Assembly (NCBI GenBank): GCA_021773835.1 | Contig: JAJFJQ010000060.1 | Coordinates: forward strand, 8,540 to 72,539 | From: Gammaproteobacteria bacterium | Lineage (GTDB): Bacteria; Pseudomonadota; Gammaproteobacteria; Ga0077536 | Direction: 5' to 3' | Length of the DNA: 64,000 bases | Shown: positions 9,400 through 18,292 of the stretch, one piece after another | Layout: each line of letters begins with the position of its first letter | Numbering within the stretch: the first letter of the stretch is position 1 | The notes under the pieces: model-generated | Told to the model about the DNA's origin: nothing | The model's database searches: none | What the model saw: only the letters and a program-made list of their open reading frames with translations | Program-made: the position numbers and the translations under genes

Positions 9400-10803
9400 A
9401 TGAGTGATGATCTCGCCCTGTTGTCGGCCACTAAGCTGGTCAAACTATTTCGCCGGCGCAAAGCCTCACCAATTGAAGCCTTGCATGCGGTGTTGGCGCG
9501 GATAGACCGCCTTAACCCTACGCTCAATGCGTTTCAATTCCTTGATCACGACGGTGCGCTGAAGGCGGCTAAAGCGTCCGAGAAGCGATGGAAAAAAGGC
9601 AAACCACGCGGTCCCGTCGACGGCGTCCCGACCACCATCAAGGACACCCTCATCACTATCGGCATGCCGACGGTCTATGGCACTCGGGCAAACGATCCGA
9701 AAGGCCCGTGGACACAGGATGCACCATGCGCAGCTTCGTTGCGCGATGCCGGCGCCGTGATTTTCGGCAAGACAACCACGCCCGAATACGGTTTCAAAGG
9801 CGTCACGGATTCTCCGCTTTATGGGACCACTCGAAACCCTTGGAATACCGATCACACACCCGGTGGGTCCTCGGGCGGTTCTGCCACTGCGCTGGCCAGT
9901 GGTATGTCTACCTTGTCGGTCGGCACCGATGCGGCGGGATCGGTACGGATCCCGGCTTCGTTTACCGGGCTCGCCACCATCAAGACGACGTTCGGACGCG
10001 TGCCGGCCTATCCCCCTAGCGCACAAGGCACCTTGGCGAATGTTGGCCCGATGGCGCGTAATGTCGCCGATGTCGCATTGATGATGAACGTGATCACCCG
10101 GCCTGATCCACGGGAATGGTGGAGCCTGCCCGATGATGGCGTGGATTACGTCAAGGCACTAAAGGGAAAAATAAAGGGGCTCAAAATCGCCTATTCACCG
10201 GATCTCGGCTTCGTCAAAAACATCGACCCCGAAGTAGCGAAAGCGGTCGCCAAGGCGGTCAAAACCTTCCGCCGCCTTGGCGCAAAGGTCACCGAAATTA
10301 ACCCCCAGTTGCCCGATCTGACCGAACCGCTTGACACCTTGTGGCAGGGCAACGCATCGGTGTTATTGGAACACTTCAGCCCAGAACAACGCGGGCTCAT
10401 GGACCCAGGCTTGCTCCGCGCAGCGGCGTTGGGTGCCAAGCAGAGTCAAAAGGATTACGTCGTGGCCAACCAACGGCGTGCGGAGATGGGCGTCATGGTC
10501 AATGAGCTGTTCTGTCAATACGATTTGCTGTTGACCCCAACGATGCCGATGCCGGCATTTAAGGTCGGACTTGATACGCCGAATGGCGGAGACGACGTCA
10601 GCCTGGCATGGACGCCGTTCACGTTCACCTTCAACCTCAGTCGTAACCCAGCTGCCTCGATCCCCTGTGGATTGACCAAGGCGGGTCTACCGATCGGTTT
10701 GCAGATCGTCGGCGCGCATTATGCCGATGCGCTGTTGCTCCGTGCAGCCTATGCCTTCGAACGGGAAGTCGGTGTATTTATCCCACCGATGGCGTCAAGC
10801 TAG
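9400..10803 (+). CDS. Amidase (amidase-signature family)
   Basis: ATG at 9400 preceded by GGAGGA. AS-family motif GGSSGGSATALASGMSTLSVGTDAAGSVRIPA. The 572-aa ORF in the track is an upstream over-extension. Confidence 0.85.
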   Translation: MSDDLALLSATKLVKLFRRRKASPIEALHAVLARIDRLNPTLNAFQFLDHDGALKAAKASEKRWKKGKPRGPVDGVPTTIKDTLITIGMPTVYGTRANDPKGPWTQDAPCAASLRDAGAVIFGKTTTPEYGFKGVTDSPLYGTTRNPWNTDHTPGGSSGGSATALASGMSTLSVGTDAAGSVRIPASFTGLATIKTTFGRVPAYPPSAQGTLANVGPMARNVADVALMMNVITRPDPREWWSLPDDGVDYVKALKGKIKGLKIAYSPDLGFVKNIDPEVAKAVAKAVKTFRRLGAKVTEINPQLPDLTEPLDTLWQGNASVLLEHFSPEQRGLMDPGLLRAAALGAKQSQKDYVVANQRRAEMGVMVNELFCQYDLLLTPTMPMPAFKVGLDTPNGGDDVSLAWTPFTFTFNLSRNPAASIPCGLTKAGLPIGLQIVGAHYADALLLRAAYAFEREVGVFIPPMASS

Positions 10804-10839
10804 CGGCGTTACCGGAGTATTGCGGCTCGCTAAATAGCG

Positions 10840-11850
10840 CTAATCAAAGTTGAGGCGATAAACCCGGGCGGCCGTACCACGAAACAGGTTGTCCTTCTCG
10901 GCCTCGGAATAAGGTGCCGCGATCTTCTTGAACGCATTCCACAGCACGGCATAGGACACCGATATTTTATCGACCGGAAAATTGCTTTCGAACATGCAGC
11001 GCTGCGGACCGAATACTTCGATTGCGTGTTGATAATGCCGCCGCTGTGCGGCCACAAGCTGATCCGAGGTCGGTGGTAACGCTTGTTGCTCAAAACCGAA
11101 CCCATTCCATGGCATTGCCAATCCCCCGAGCTTGATCGAGACGTTCGGACAACGGGCGAGCCCAGCCAAGTCAGCTGACCATTTGGAGTAGACCTCCTCG
11201 ACCCGATCAGCATACGGACCGACACCAAGCGGTGTGCCAAAGTGGTCCAATACAATGGTCGTTTCTGGAAACGCTTGCGCCAGCTCGGTCAAATATGGTG
11301 TCTGATGAAAATAATGCCAGGCATCGAAGCTAAGCCCCATTTCTCCCAGTATGGCGAAGCCTGCGCGAAAATCTGGATTTCGGTACAGGAAACCATCGGT
11401 AAAGCTGCCAAACTGAGGCACCGCGTCTGAAGGATCCCAGGCCGCGGATTGGCGGATCCCGCGAAACAACGAACTCGCAGCACGATGGGCTTCCAAGACG
11501 TCACGCACCGCGGGGCCGCGACGCAGATCGGCCGTACCGACCATCGCGCCAATTTGCGTCTTGTCGGGGTCCTGGCGGGCTTCGGTCGCAATGCTGTCGA
11601 CCCAGTCGGTTTCGCCAACCGGTTTCAGTGCCTCGGGCCCATCTTTTCGGTGGTGCTCCCCGCATTGCAGATAAACAGTTTGTTCGATTCGATGAGAGGC
11701 GGTGTCCGACCATAGGGCTGCAAGATCGTAGGGTTGGAAAAACTCGCTGGCCTCGAAAAAATGATGGTGCGGGTCGACGATGATGCGATCTGGCTCGATC
11801 GTCACTTCTGCAACCTGAGCGAGCCAATCTTCACGTACGGCGTCATTCAT
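10840..11850 (-). CDS. Amidohydrolase-2 family metal-dependent hydrolase/decarboxylase
   Basis: 336 aa. HHH near the N-terminus (VDPHHHFF), and a TIM-barrel amidohydrolase_2 pattern (IVLDHFG). Confidence 0.7.
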   Translation of the reverse strand: MNDAVREDWLAQVAEVTIEPDRIIVDPHHHFFEASEFFQPYDLAALWSDTASHRIEQTVYLQCGEHHRKDGPEALKPVGETDWVDSIATEARQDPDKTQIGAMVGTADLRRGPAVRDVLEAHRAASSLFRGIRQSAAWDPSDAVPQFGSFTDGFLYRNPDFRAGFAILGEMGLSFDAWHYFHQTPYLTELAQAFPETTIVLDHFGTPLGVGPYADRVEEVYSKWSADLAGLARCPNVSIKLGGLAMPWNGFGFEQQALPPTSDQLVAAQRRHYQHAIEVFGPQRCMFESNFPVDKISVSYAVLWNAFKKIAAPYSEAEKDNLFRGTAARVYRLNFD

Positions 11851-11866
11851 AAGCTTGTCAGGCCGC

Positions 11867-12283
11867 TCAAGGGAAAACGATCAACGCTTCACCAACAGCT
11901 TTTCGATTGTCCTGCTGATCGCAGCTGGCTACCTCGACCCGAACCAACTTCTCGCCGCCCTCCTCCAATTTCTCGATCACAGTGCCGGTACAACTCAGTG
12001 CATCTTGCAAATGCGTGATGCCGAGAAAGCGGAGATTGAACGATCGCAGCTGGCGCTGTGGTACCCAGCCCGTCAACAAACGACCCAAGTAAGCCATCGT
12101 CAACATGCCGTGGGCAAACACGTCTTCCTGACCCGCTTCGCGGGCGAAATCCAAATCGATGTGGATCGGATTATGATCGCCCGACGCGCCGGCAAAGAGC
12201 GCCAAAGTTGTACGCGTTATTGGTGGCACATCTAGCGCTGGTAGCTCGCTCCCGACATTTATGGATTCAAAAGTAATACTCAT
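11867..12283 (-). CDS. MaoC-like (R)-specific enoyl-CoA hydratase, hotdog fold
   Basis: 138 aa. MaoC dehydratase motif GDHNPIHIDLDFA. Confidence 0.75.
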   Translation of the reverse strand: MSITFESINVGSELPALDVPPITRTTLALFAGASGDHNPIHIDLDFAREAGQEDVFAHGMLTMAYLGRLLTGWVPQRQLRSFNLRFLGITHLQDALSCTGTVIEKLEEGGEKLVRVEVASCDQQDNRKAVGEALIVFP

Positions 12284-12295
12284 CTGCCTATGCCC

Positions 12296-12745
12296 TCAGC
12301 CGTTACGTTGGACGGTCGTGTTTTGTAGGTCGGCGACATGTACGCCATCCTGGTTCGTCACACGTGTCTTGCGCACGACGAATTCCAGCGCGCCGTTCTT
12401 TTTGTCATAGATATTGGCGACGCTTGTTGTGAAAGTGAGCTCATCACCAGCGCAAACGTCGGCGAAGTACACGAACAGTTGTTCGCCGTGCAACATCCGA
12501 CCCAGGTCCAGACCGAGCTCATCGATCCAGTGGAGCGGATCGGGTTTTTCATTATTCAAACAAAACAAAAAGCTCGGCGGTGCCGGCAATGCTGGATAAC
12601 CAGCGGCGCGGGCCGCACTTGCGTCGGTATAGATGGGGTCATCGTTACCGGTCGCCTTAGCGAAAAAACGTAGCCGTCCTACTTCAACGACGGCACTGTG
12701 CGACGGAAACTCATGCCCAATATGCGATTTGTCGATCACACCCAA
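12296..12745 (-). CDS. MaoC N-terminal-like hotdog protein, probable partner subunit of the adjacent MaoC hydratase
   Basis: 149 aa. Adjacent to the MaoC gene with a 13-nt gap, an arrangement typical of heteromeric hotdog hydratases. Confidence 0.6.
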   Translation of the reverse strand: MGVIDKSHIGHEFPSHSAVVEVGRLRFFAKATGNDDPIYTDASAARAAGYPALPAPPSFLFCLNNEKPDPLHWIDELGLDLGRMLHGEQLFVYFADVCAGDELTFTTSVANIYDKKNGALEFVVRKTRVTNQDGVHVADLQNTTVQRNG

Positions 12746-12968
12746 ACCTCTCTATTCAATTGATGTTTATTTTAACCGCGTAATGGTAATGCATTTTCGG
12801 TTCCGCCAGCGCTAGCCACGGTTCCCGTGAGCAAGCCTGGTGTCGCGCGCGACGGTCGGTGACAATAGCCGACGGTTGCGTACCGAGCCAACGTCATCGC
12901 GGCCTAAATCCGCAAACATCGACCGTCATCTGGAGCACTAGATTGAAAATTCGCGGGCGTCCGCTGTT

Positions 12969-14564
12969 GGCCGATTCTGTTGAAAAACTCTCGGAACTCT
13001 GACGGCGCTCGGTGATCTGATCATCGAAGTAGTCGTTAGGGGAATGTCGATGATGGGAGAGCGGACCGGGGGGCAGGATCGGTTTTTCTACGATTTCAAT
13101 CTCGACGAACGCATTCCGCATGACCACCTGCTTCGTCAGGTAGATGGAGTGCTCGATCTGAGCGATCTTCGCCAACAGCTCGCGTCGTATTACAGCCATA
13201 CCGGTCGCCCTTCGGTCGATCCAGAGCTAATGGTGCGGATGTTATTGATCGGCTATTGCTACGGCATCCGTTCGGAGCGGCGGTTGTGTGAGGAAGTCAG
13301 TTTAAACCTGGCTTACCGGTGGTTTTGTCGGTTAGGCCTTGAAGATGCCGTACCCGATCATTCAACGTTCTCAAAAAACCGGCATGGTCGTTTTAGGGAC
13401 GCTGATCTTCTGAGGACGGTCTTCGACACGGTAGTGGGTTGTTGCTATGACGAAGGTTTGATCAAGGGCGAGGGTTTTGCCACAGATGCGAGCTACATCA
13501 AAGCCGATGCATCCCGGCAACGTATGGTCGATGGCCCGGTAGATTGGACACCAGCGCCGACACAGTCACGGGCCGTCAGGGAATATCTGGACGCCTTAGA
13601 TAGCAATCCATTAGCAAGACGAACCCAGAAGAAAGTATCCGTCACAGACCCAATGGCGCAGTGGGCCGGCGACAAGGGACCGGGTCAATTTTATTACAGC
13701 ACCAATTACCTGATCGATATCGAACACAACATTATCGTCGATGTGGAAGCGACACCGGCTCATCGAACCGCCGAAGTCACCAGCACCCGGACGATGATTG
13801 ATCGAGTAGAGACGAAGCTGGATATCAAACCCAAACGACTCATCGCGGACACTTCCTACGGCTCTGCAGCGATGCTCGAATGGGTGGTTGAACAAAAACA
13901 AATCGAGCCGCACATTCCGGTGTGGGAAAAAGCGGTAACGACGCCAGGTATTTTTAGTCGAGCAGATTTCACCTGGGATAATGAAGCGGAGTGTTACCAT
14001 TGCCCGGGCGGTAATCGCTTGCAATCCGGAAGGCGGAACTTCAAAAACCCTCGCTCTCACGTCACGAAAGCGGACACAATTATTTATCGCTCAAGTCAGC
14101 CTGAGTGCAGAGTCTGCGAACTTAAAACTCGATGCTGCCCTAATACAACGTTTAGAAAAATCGCGCGCAGTGTTCACGAGTCGTCTCGCAATGTCGCCAG
14201 AGACATCAACGAAACTGACGAATACCGACAATCGCGAAAGGACAGAAAGAAAGTTGAAGTGCTGTTCGCGCACCTCAAACGGATCATGAACTTCGATCGA
14301 TTGCGACTTCGGGGTATTACTGGCGCAAGCGATGAATTTTTACTCGCCGCCACGGCCCAGAATCTGAAGAAACTCGCGCGACAAAAATATAAGCCACCCG
14401 ACCATGGGATAATTGCGCCCGCTTTATGCTAGATACCATTAACGACCATTAAACCAAGACCGAATCCACGCAAAACGTGGATAGCCGAGGTGACCTCGTT
14501 CCTGCACTAAATTACCGCAGGGGTAACAATCTTTTTTTCAGTGAGTTTTTCAACAGAATCGGCC
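12969..14564 (+). mobile_element. IS1182/IS5-superfamily insertion sequence, about 1596 bp, with perfect 22-bp terminal inverted repeats
   Basis: GGCCGATTCTGTTGAAAAACTC at 12969-12990, and its exact reverse complement at 14543-14564. They bracket a single DDE transposase ORF. Confidence 0.8.
13044..14432 (+). CDS. IS1182-family DDE transposase
   Basis: 462 aa. Typical N-terminal region (PSVDPELMVRMLLIGYCYGIRSERRLCEE...YRWFCRL) and a C-terminal CxxC...CxxC zinc motif. Confidence 0.85.
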   Translation: MSMMGERTGGQDRFFYDFNLDERIPHDHLLRQVDGVLDLSDLRQQLASYYSHTGRPSVDPELMVRMLLIGYCYGIRSERRLCEEVSLNLAYRWFCRLGLEDAVPDHSTFSKNRHGRFRDADLLRTVFDTVVGCCYDEGLIKGEGFATDASYIKADASRQRMVDGPVDWTPAPTQSRAVREYLDALDSNPLARRTQKKVSVTDPMAQWAGDKGPGQFYYSTNYLIDIEHNIIVDVEATPAHRTAEVTSTRTMIDRVETKLDIKPKRLIADTSYGSAAMLEWVVEQKQIEPHIPVWEKAVTTPGIFSRADFTWDNEAECYHCPGGNRLQSGRRNFKNPRSHVTKADTIIYRSSQPECRVCELKTRCCPNTTFRKIARSVHESSRNVARDINETDEYRQSRKDRKKVEVLFAHLKRIMNFDRLRLRGITGASDEFLLAATAQNLKKLARQKYKPPDHGIIAPALC

Positions 14565-15446
14565 CTGATCGGCATGTCGTTCCTATGGGGCTATTCCTGG
14601 ACCGGCATCAAAATAGGTTTGCTCGATGCGAGCCCATTCACGTTTGCGGCCTTGCGCATGGGGATCGGTGCAGCTTGCTTGTTGCTGGCATTGCCGCTCA
14701 CCGGGCGACCATTTTTGCCCCGACGGCTGCCTGAATTGCTCAAACTCGGACTGGTGCAGACCACCTGCCTCATGACCTTGTCCACCTGGGCGGTCTATGA
14801 GGGAACGGCCGGACGCGCTGCTTTCCTGGCCTACACCATGCCCTTTTTTACCCTCCTCATGGCGTGGCCAATGCTGGGCGAGCGGGTGCGCGGCCTTCAA
14901 TGGTTAGCAATCGTCTTGGCCGCCTTTGGTCTCGTGGTGATCGTTGAACCCTGGAATATGTCGGGGAAACTGATCAGCAGCCTGCTTGGCGTTGCCGTTG
15001 GATTCACCTGGGCGCTCGGCGCAATCATGGTCAAACGATTACAGCTGCGCGCACCAATGGATCTTATTTCGATGACGGCATGGCAAATGTTTTTGGGTTC
15101 GCTACCGTTGATCGTCGTGGCCATGCTGCTACCCGAGGCGCCGGTGGTGTGGTCCACTCGGTTTATCACCGTGTTGCTACTGGTGTCGGTCGTTACAACG
15201 GCATTCGGCTGGATCCTGTGGCTGTATGTACTCAACAACCTGCCGGCCGGCACGGCCAGCATGGGTACGCTCTCGGCACCGATTGTGGCAATGCTGTCCT
15301 CGTCATTTCACCTCGGCGAACGCCCCAGCACCGTCGAACTGATCGGGATCACGCTGATCGGCGGTGCATTGTTGATCTTAAGCCTTACCGCATTGCGCGA
15401 ACACCGTGAGCTCCCTAGCGCTACAGTACAAGGCGAGGGCGCGTAA
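14541..15446 (+). CDS. DMT/EamA-family transporter (10 TMS). The 5-prime end abuts the IS right inverted repeat, so the N-terminus is possibly truncated or remodelled.
   Basis: Hydrophobic throughout, with two EamA-like halves. The annotated GTG start lies inside the IS inverted repeat; the first ATG is at 14573. Confidence 0.7.
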   Translation: MSFSTESALIGMSFLWGYSWTGIKIGLLDASPFTFAALRMGIGAACLLLALPLTGRPFLPRRLPELLKLGLVQTTCLMTLSTWAVYEGTAGRAAFLAYTMPFFTLLMAWPMLGERVRGLQWLAIVLAAFGLVVIVEPWNMSGKLISSLLGVAVGFTWALGAIMVKRLQLRAPMDLISMTAWQMFLGSLPLIVVAMLLPEAPVVWSTRFITVLLLVSVVTTAFGWILWLYVLNNLPAGTASMGTLSAPIVAMLSSSFHLGERPSTVELIGITLIGGALLILSLTALREHRELPSATVQGEGA

Positions 15447-15453
15447 ACCGGGT

Positions 15454-17271
15454 TTAGATTTTCTGGTCCACACCCGCATCGTCGGGCGACGCATTTGAGT
15501 CGCGCCGACTCATTTCCTCACGCATAAGCTGATCGAAATCCTTACGCGATTGGATGACGCTTTGACGCATTCGATCCGGCTCATCGCGCAGTTCGAAAAG
15601 GCGCTCAAGCATGTCCTCATCGTGCTTGCGAAAGAATGCAACGGCGGCATAGGCATCATCATTTGAATAGCCGAGCAGTTTCAATACGCGTTCTGTCATC
15701 GCTAGCGACGAAAAAAAGGTTTCTCGCTCTACGTCCTTAACGCCACGTTCAAACAATTCATAGGCATGTGTCCGGTTCCGTGCCCTGGCCACGATTGGCA
15801 AGCTGGGGTATTTTGCCTTAACTACATCCACGATCTCCGTTGTCGCGTGCTGATCATCACAGGCAACGATAAGTAATCGTGCGTCTCCGATCCCGGCGGC
15901 CTCAAGCAGATCAGCGCGACGCGCGTCTCCGTAGTAGGCCTTATGCGCGTAACGTCGCGAGAGCTCAACCTGATCCGGGTCGTTGTCGATGACGGTGGCA
16001 TAGATATCGTTTGCGATAAGCATCCGTGAGATGACCTGGCCCATGCGGCCAACGCCAATCAGAATGACTGGATTTGATTCGTGTGGCATCTCTTCGACGG
16101 ATTCTTCTACGGTCATGCGTCGATCAATAAGCTTCTCGACCGCCACAATTAGTAACGGTGTGATTATCATCGATAAGCTCACCACGACGATCAGCGGGCC
16201 GCTGATGCTCGGATCGATCAAGTGCAAGCGATCGGCCAAACCAAAAATAACGAATGCAAACTCACCAACCTGGGCGACCAGTGCCGCTAACAATAGCGAC
16301 TGGTTGCCCGACAGGTGAAACCACTTTCCGACCAGTAGGAGCACGGCAAACTTGATCAACAAAATACCGCCGACCAAACCAATAATCAGTGGAAACTCCT
16401 CGCCAAGGAGACCGATATTGGTCGACATGCCGACGGCAATAAAAAAGAGCCCCATCAACAGGCCTTTAAACGGTTCGATCTCGATTTCAAGCTGCTGGCG
16501 ATACTCCGAATCAGCCAATACGACACCGGCAAGAAACGTCCCGAGTGCCATCGACAGCCCTACATATGCCATCAATAACGCGATCCCAATCACCAGCAAC
16601 AGCGCGAACGCCGTAAAAATCTCCCGCAATTCGGTTTTTGCGATAATGCGAAACACGTGACGCACGACATAGCGGCCGCCAATCAGTATCAAGCCAACTA
16701 CCGCGATGATGTGGATGAGGTTGATAGCGCCACCCGGCGTTGATTCGCCTGCCTTGTGCACCATCAACGGCATCAAGGCCAGCAACGGGATCACCGCGAG
16801 GTCCTGAAACAGCAATACGGCGAAAGCCGATTGCCCAGCGCTCGTTTGGGATAAATTTTTCTCTCCGACGAGTTGCATCGCCATTGCCGTAGACGACAGC
16901 GCCAGTGCTACAGCGACGATGAACAATGCCTTCATATCGTCGATGAAAAACCACCCAAACGCGGCAATTAAGCTCGCCGTCAGCAGGACTTGCAATGCAC
17001 CCAGACCGAATATTGCGTGGCGCAACGCCCACAACCGGCTCGGGTTGAGTTCGAGCCCGATCAGAAACAGTAGTAAAACGACACCGAATTCGGAGAAATG
17101 CAGGATCGTTTCCGCGTCATCGATGAGATGCAGACCCCACGGACCAATCACAATCCCGGCTATCAGGTACCCAATAACGGAGCCTAGGCCCAACCGTTTG
17201 GAGATCGGCACGGCAATGACTGCCGCCCCGAGGTAGACGACCGCATCGACCAGGATTTCAGCGCCCGCCAT
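15454..17271 (-). CDS. CPA2-family K+/H+ antiporter with C-terminal RCK/TrkA-N domain (KefB/KefC-like)
   Basis: 605 aa. N-terminal 12-13 TMS Na_H exchanger domain, then a Rossmann segment ILIGVGRMGQ (RCK). Confidence 0.85.
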   Translation of the reverse strand: MAGAEILVDAVVYLGAAVIAVPISKRLGLGSVIGYLIAGIVIGPWGLHLIDDAETILHFSEFGVVLLLFLIGLELNPSRLWALRHAIFGLGALQVLLTASLIAAFGWFFIDDMKALFIVAVALALSSTAMAMQLVGEKNLSQTSAGQSAFAVLLFQDLAVIPLLALMPLMVHKAGESTPGGAINLIHIIAVVGLILIGGRYVVRHVFRIIAKTELREIFTAFALLLVIGIALLMAYVGLSMALGTFLAGVVLADSEYRQQLEIEIEPFKGLLMGLFFIAVGMSTNIGLLGEEFPLIIGLVGGILLIKFAVLLLVGKWFHLSGNQSLLLAALVAQVGEFAFVIFGLADRLHLIDPSISGPLIVVVSLSMIITPLLIVAVEKLIDRRMTVEESVEEMPHESNPVILIGVGRMGQVISRMLIANDIYATVIDNDPDQVELSRRYAHKAYYGDARRADLLEAAGIGDARLLIVACDDQHATTEIVDVVKAKYPSLPIVARARNRTHAYELFERGVKDVERETFFSSLAMTERVLKLLGYSNDDAYAAVAFFRKHDEDMLERLFELRDEPDRMRQSVIQSRKDFDQLMREEMSRRDSNASPDDAGVDQKI

Positions 17272-17425
17272 CAGGCTACAGACTCAAGCATCCGCAAATG
17301 ATACTCGACACCGGCCGCTTCGCGTTCGGGTAACATAGGTGTCGCTCGAATTTACCGTGAATAAAAATTCGCGCAGGTCAGTTCTGGTATATTTGTTCCG
17401 GCCCGGGTTCATAAAGGAGTTCGAC

Positions 17426-17908
17426 ATGGCATCTGATGCATTCAATGAAGGTATTACCGCGATGTATCAAGGCGAGGTACTTGGCGAAGCGCTTTTCGAT
17501 CGAATGCTAAAGTCGTTCGATGATCCCATGCAACGCTACAAGGTGGCAACTATGTTGCAACTAGAATCTGAAACCGTGGCACGCCTACGCCCCACCTTGA
17601 TGGAATTGGGTCTGGACTTGGGCGAGGCCGATACCTCCCGGGAGTCCGGGATTAAATGGGCAGATAGCCTCGACGGTCTCGCGTGGAACGAAGTAATGGT
17701 GAAGTTACGCGACGCGCTGCAACCTTATATCGAACACTACCGTGCGATCGTCGAGCAAGCGCCACCGCAATATCGAACAGTTGCGGAATCGATGGTTGTC
17801 CACGAGGAATCGCTGCGGACATTCACTGAACTTGAAATCGCCGGCGACACCGAACATTCGCTTGATGATGTAATCGCCCAGCTACACCACCCGTTACCTC
17901 GACCGTAG
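17426..17908 (+). CDS. Hypothetical protein, 161 aa, acidic, no TM
   Basis: ATG at 17426 with AAGGAG 6 nt upstream. No recognisable family. Confidence 0.4.
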   Translation: MASDAFNEGITAMYQGEVLGEALFDRMLKSFDDPMQRYKVATMLQLESETVARLRPTLMELGLDLGEADTSRESGIKWADSLDGLAWNEVMVKLRDALQPYIEHYRAIVEQAPPQYRTVAESMVVHEESLRTFTELEIAGDTEHSLDDVIAQLHHPLPRP

Positions 17909-17974
17909 GAATAATCTCAAATCAAAGTGCAAAGCGGTCCGACGGTCGACGCTTACCCCGCATAAACAGAACAA

Positions 17975-18292
17975 ATGAGCGAACAAGCTAAAACACCGTC
18001 CGGTCCCGCGGATAACGAGACATCCGCGCGCGTTGCATCGAGCTATTGGCGCGCAAACCTCCGGATCATCGCAGGCTTGTTGGCTGTGTGGTTCACCGTA
18101 TCTTTCGGCTTCGGGATCCTGCTCGTCGAACCGCTGAATCGAATCAACTTTTTTGGGTTCAAACTTGGGTTTTGGTGGGCTCAACAAGGCGCCATCTTTG
18201 TCTTCGTCGTACTGATCTTCGTCTACGTTCGCTTGATGCACAATCTCGACCGCCGCTTCGGCGTCAGTGACGACGATACGGATCCTAGCTAA
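17975..18292 (+). CDS. DUF4212 small membrane protein, the usual companion of VC_2705-type SSS symporters
   Basis: 105 aa. Two TMS with conserved FWWAQQG; stop overlaps the symporter start. Confidence 0.75.
   Translation: MSEQAKTPSGPADNETSARVASSYWRANLRIIAGLLAVWFTVSFGFGILLVEPLNRINFFGFKLGFWWAQQGAIFVFVVLIFVYVRLMHNLDRRFGVSDDDTDPS

Noticed and set aside
12870-12881. 12-mer GCCGACGGTTGC shared between 12870 and 32100, next to two different IS elements
   Set aside because: Too short and GC-rich to distinguish from chance. No extended similarity around it.
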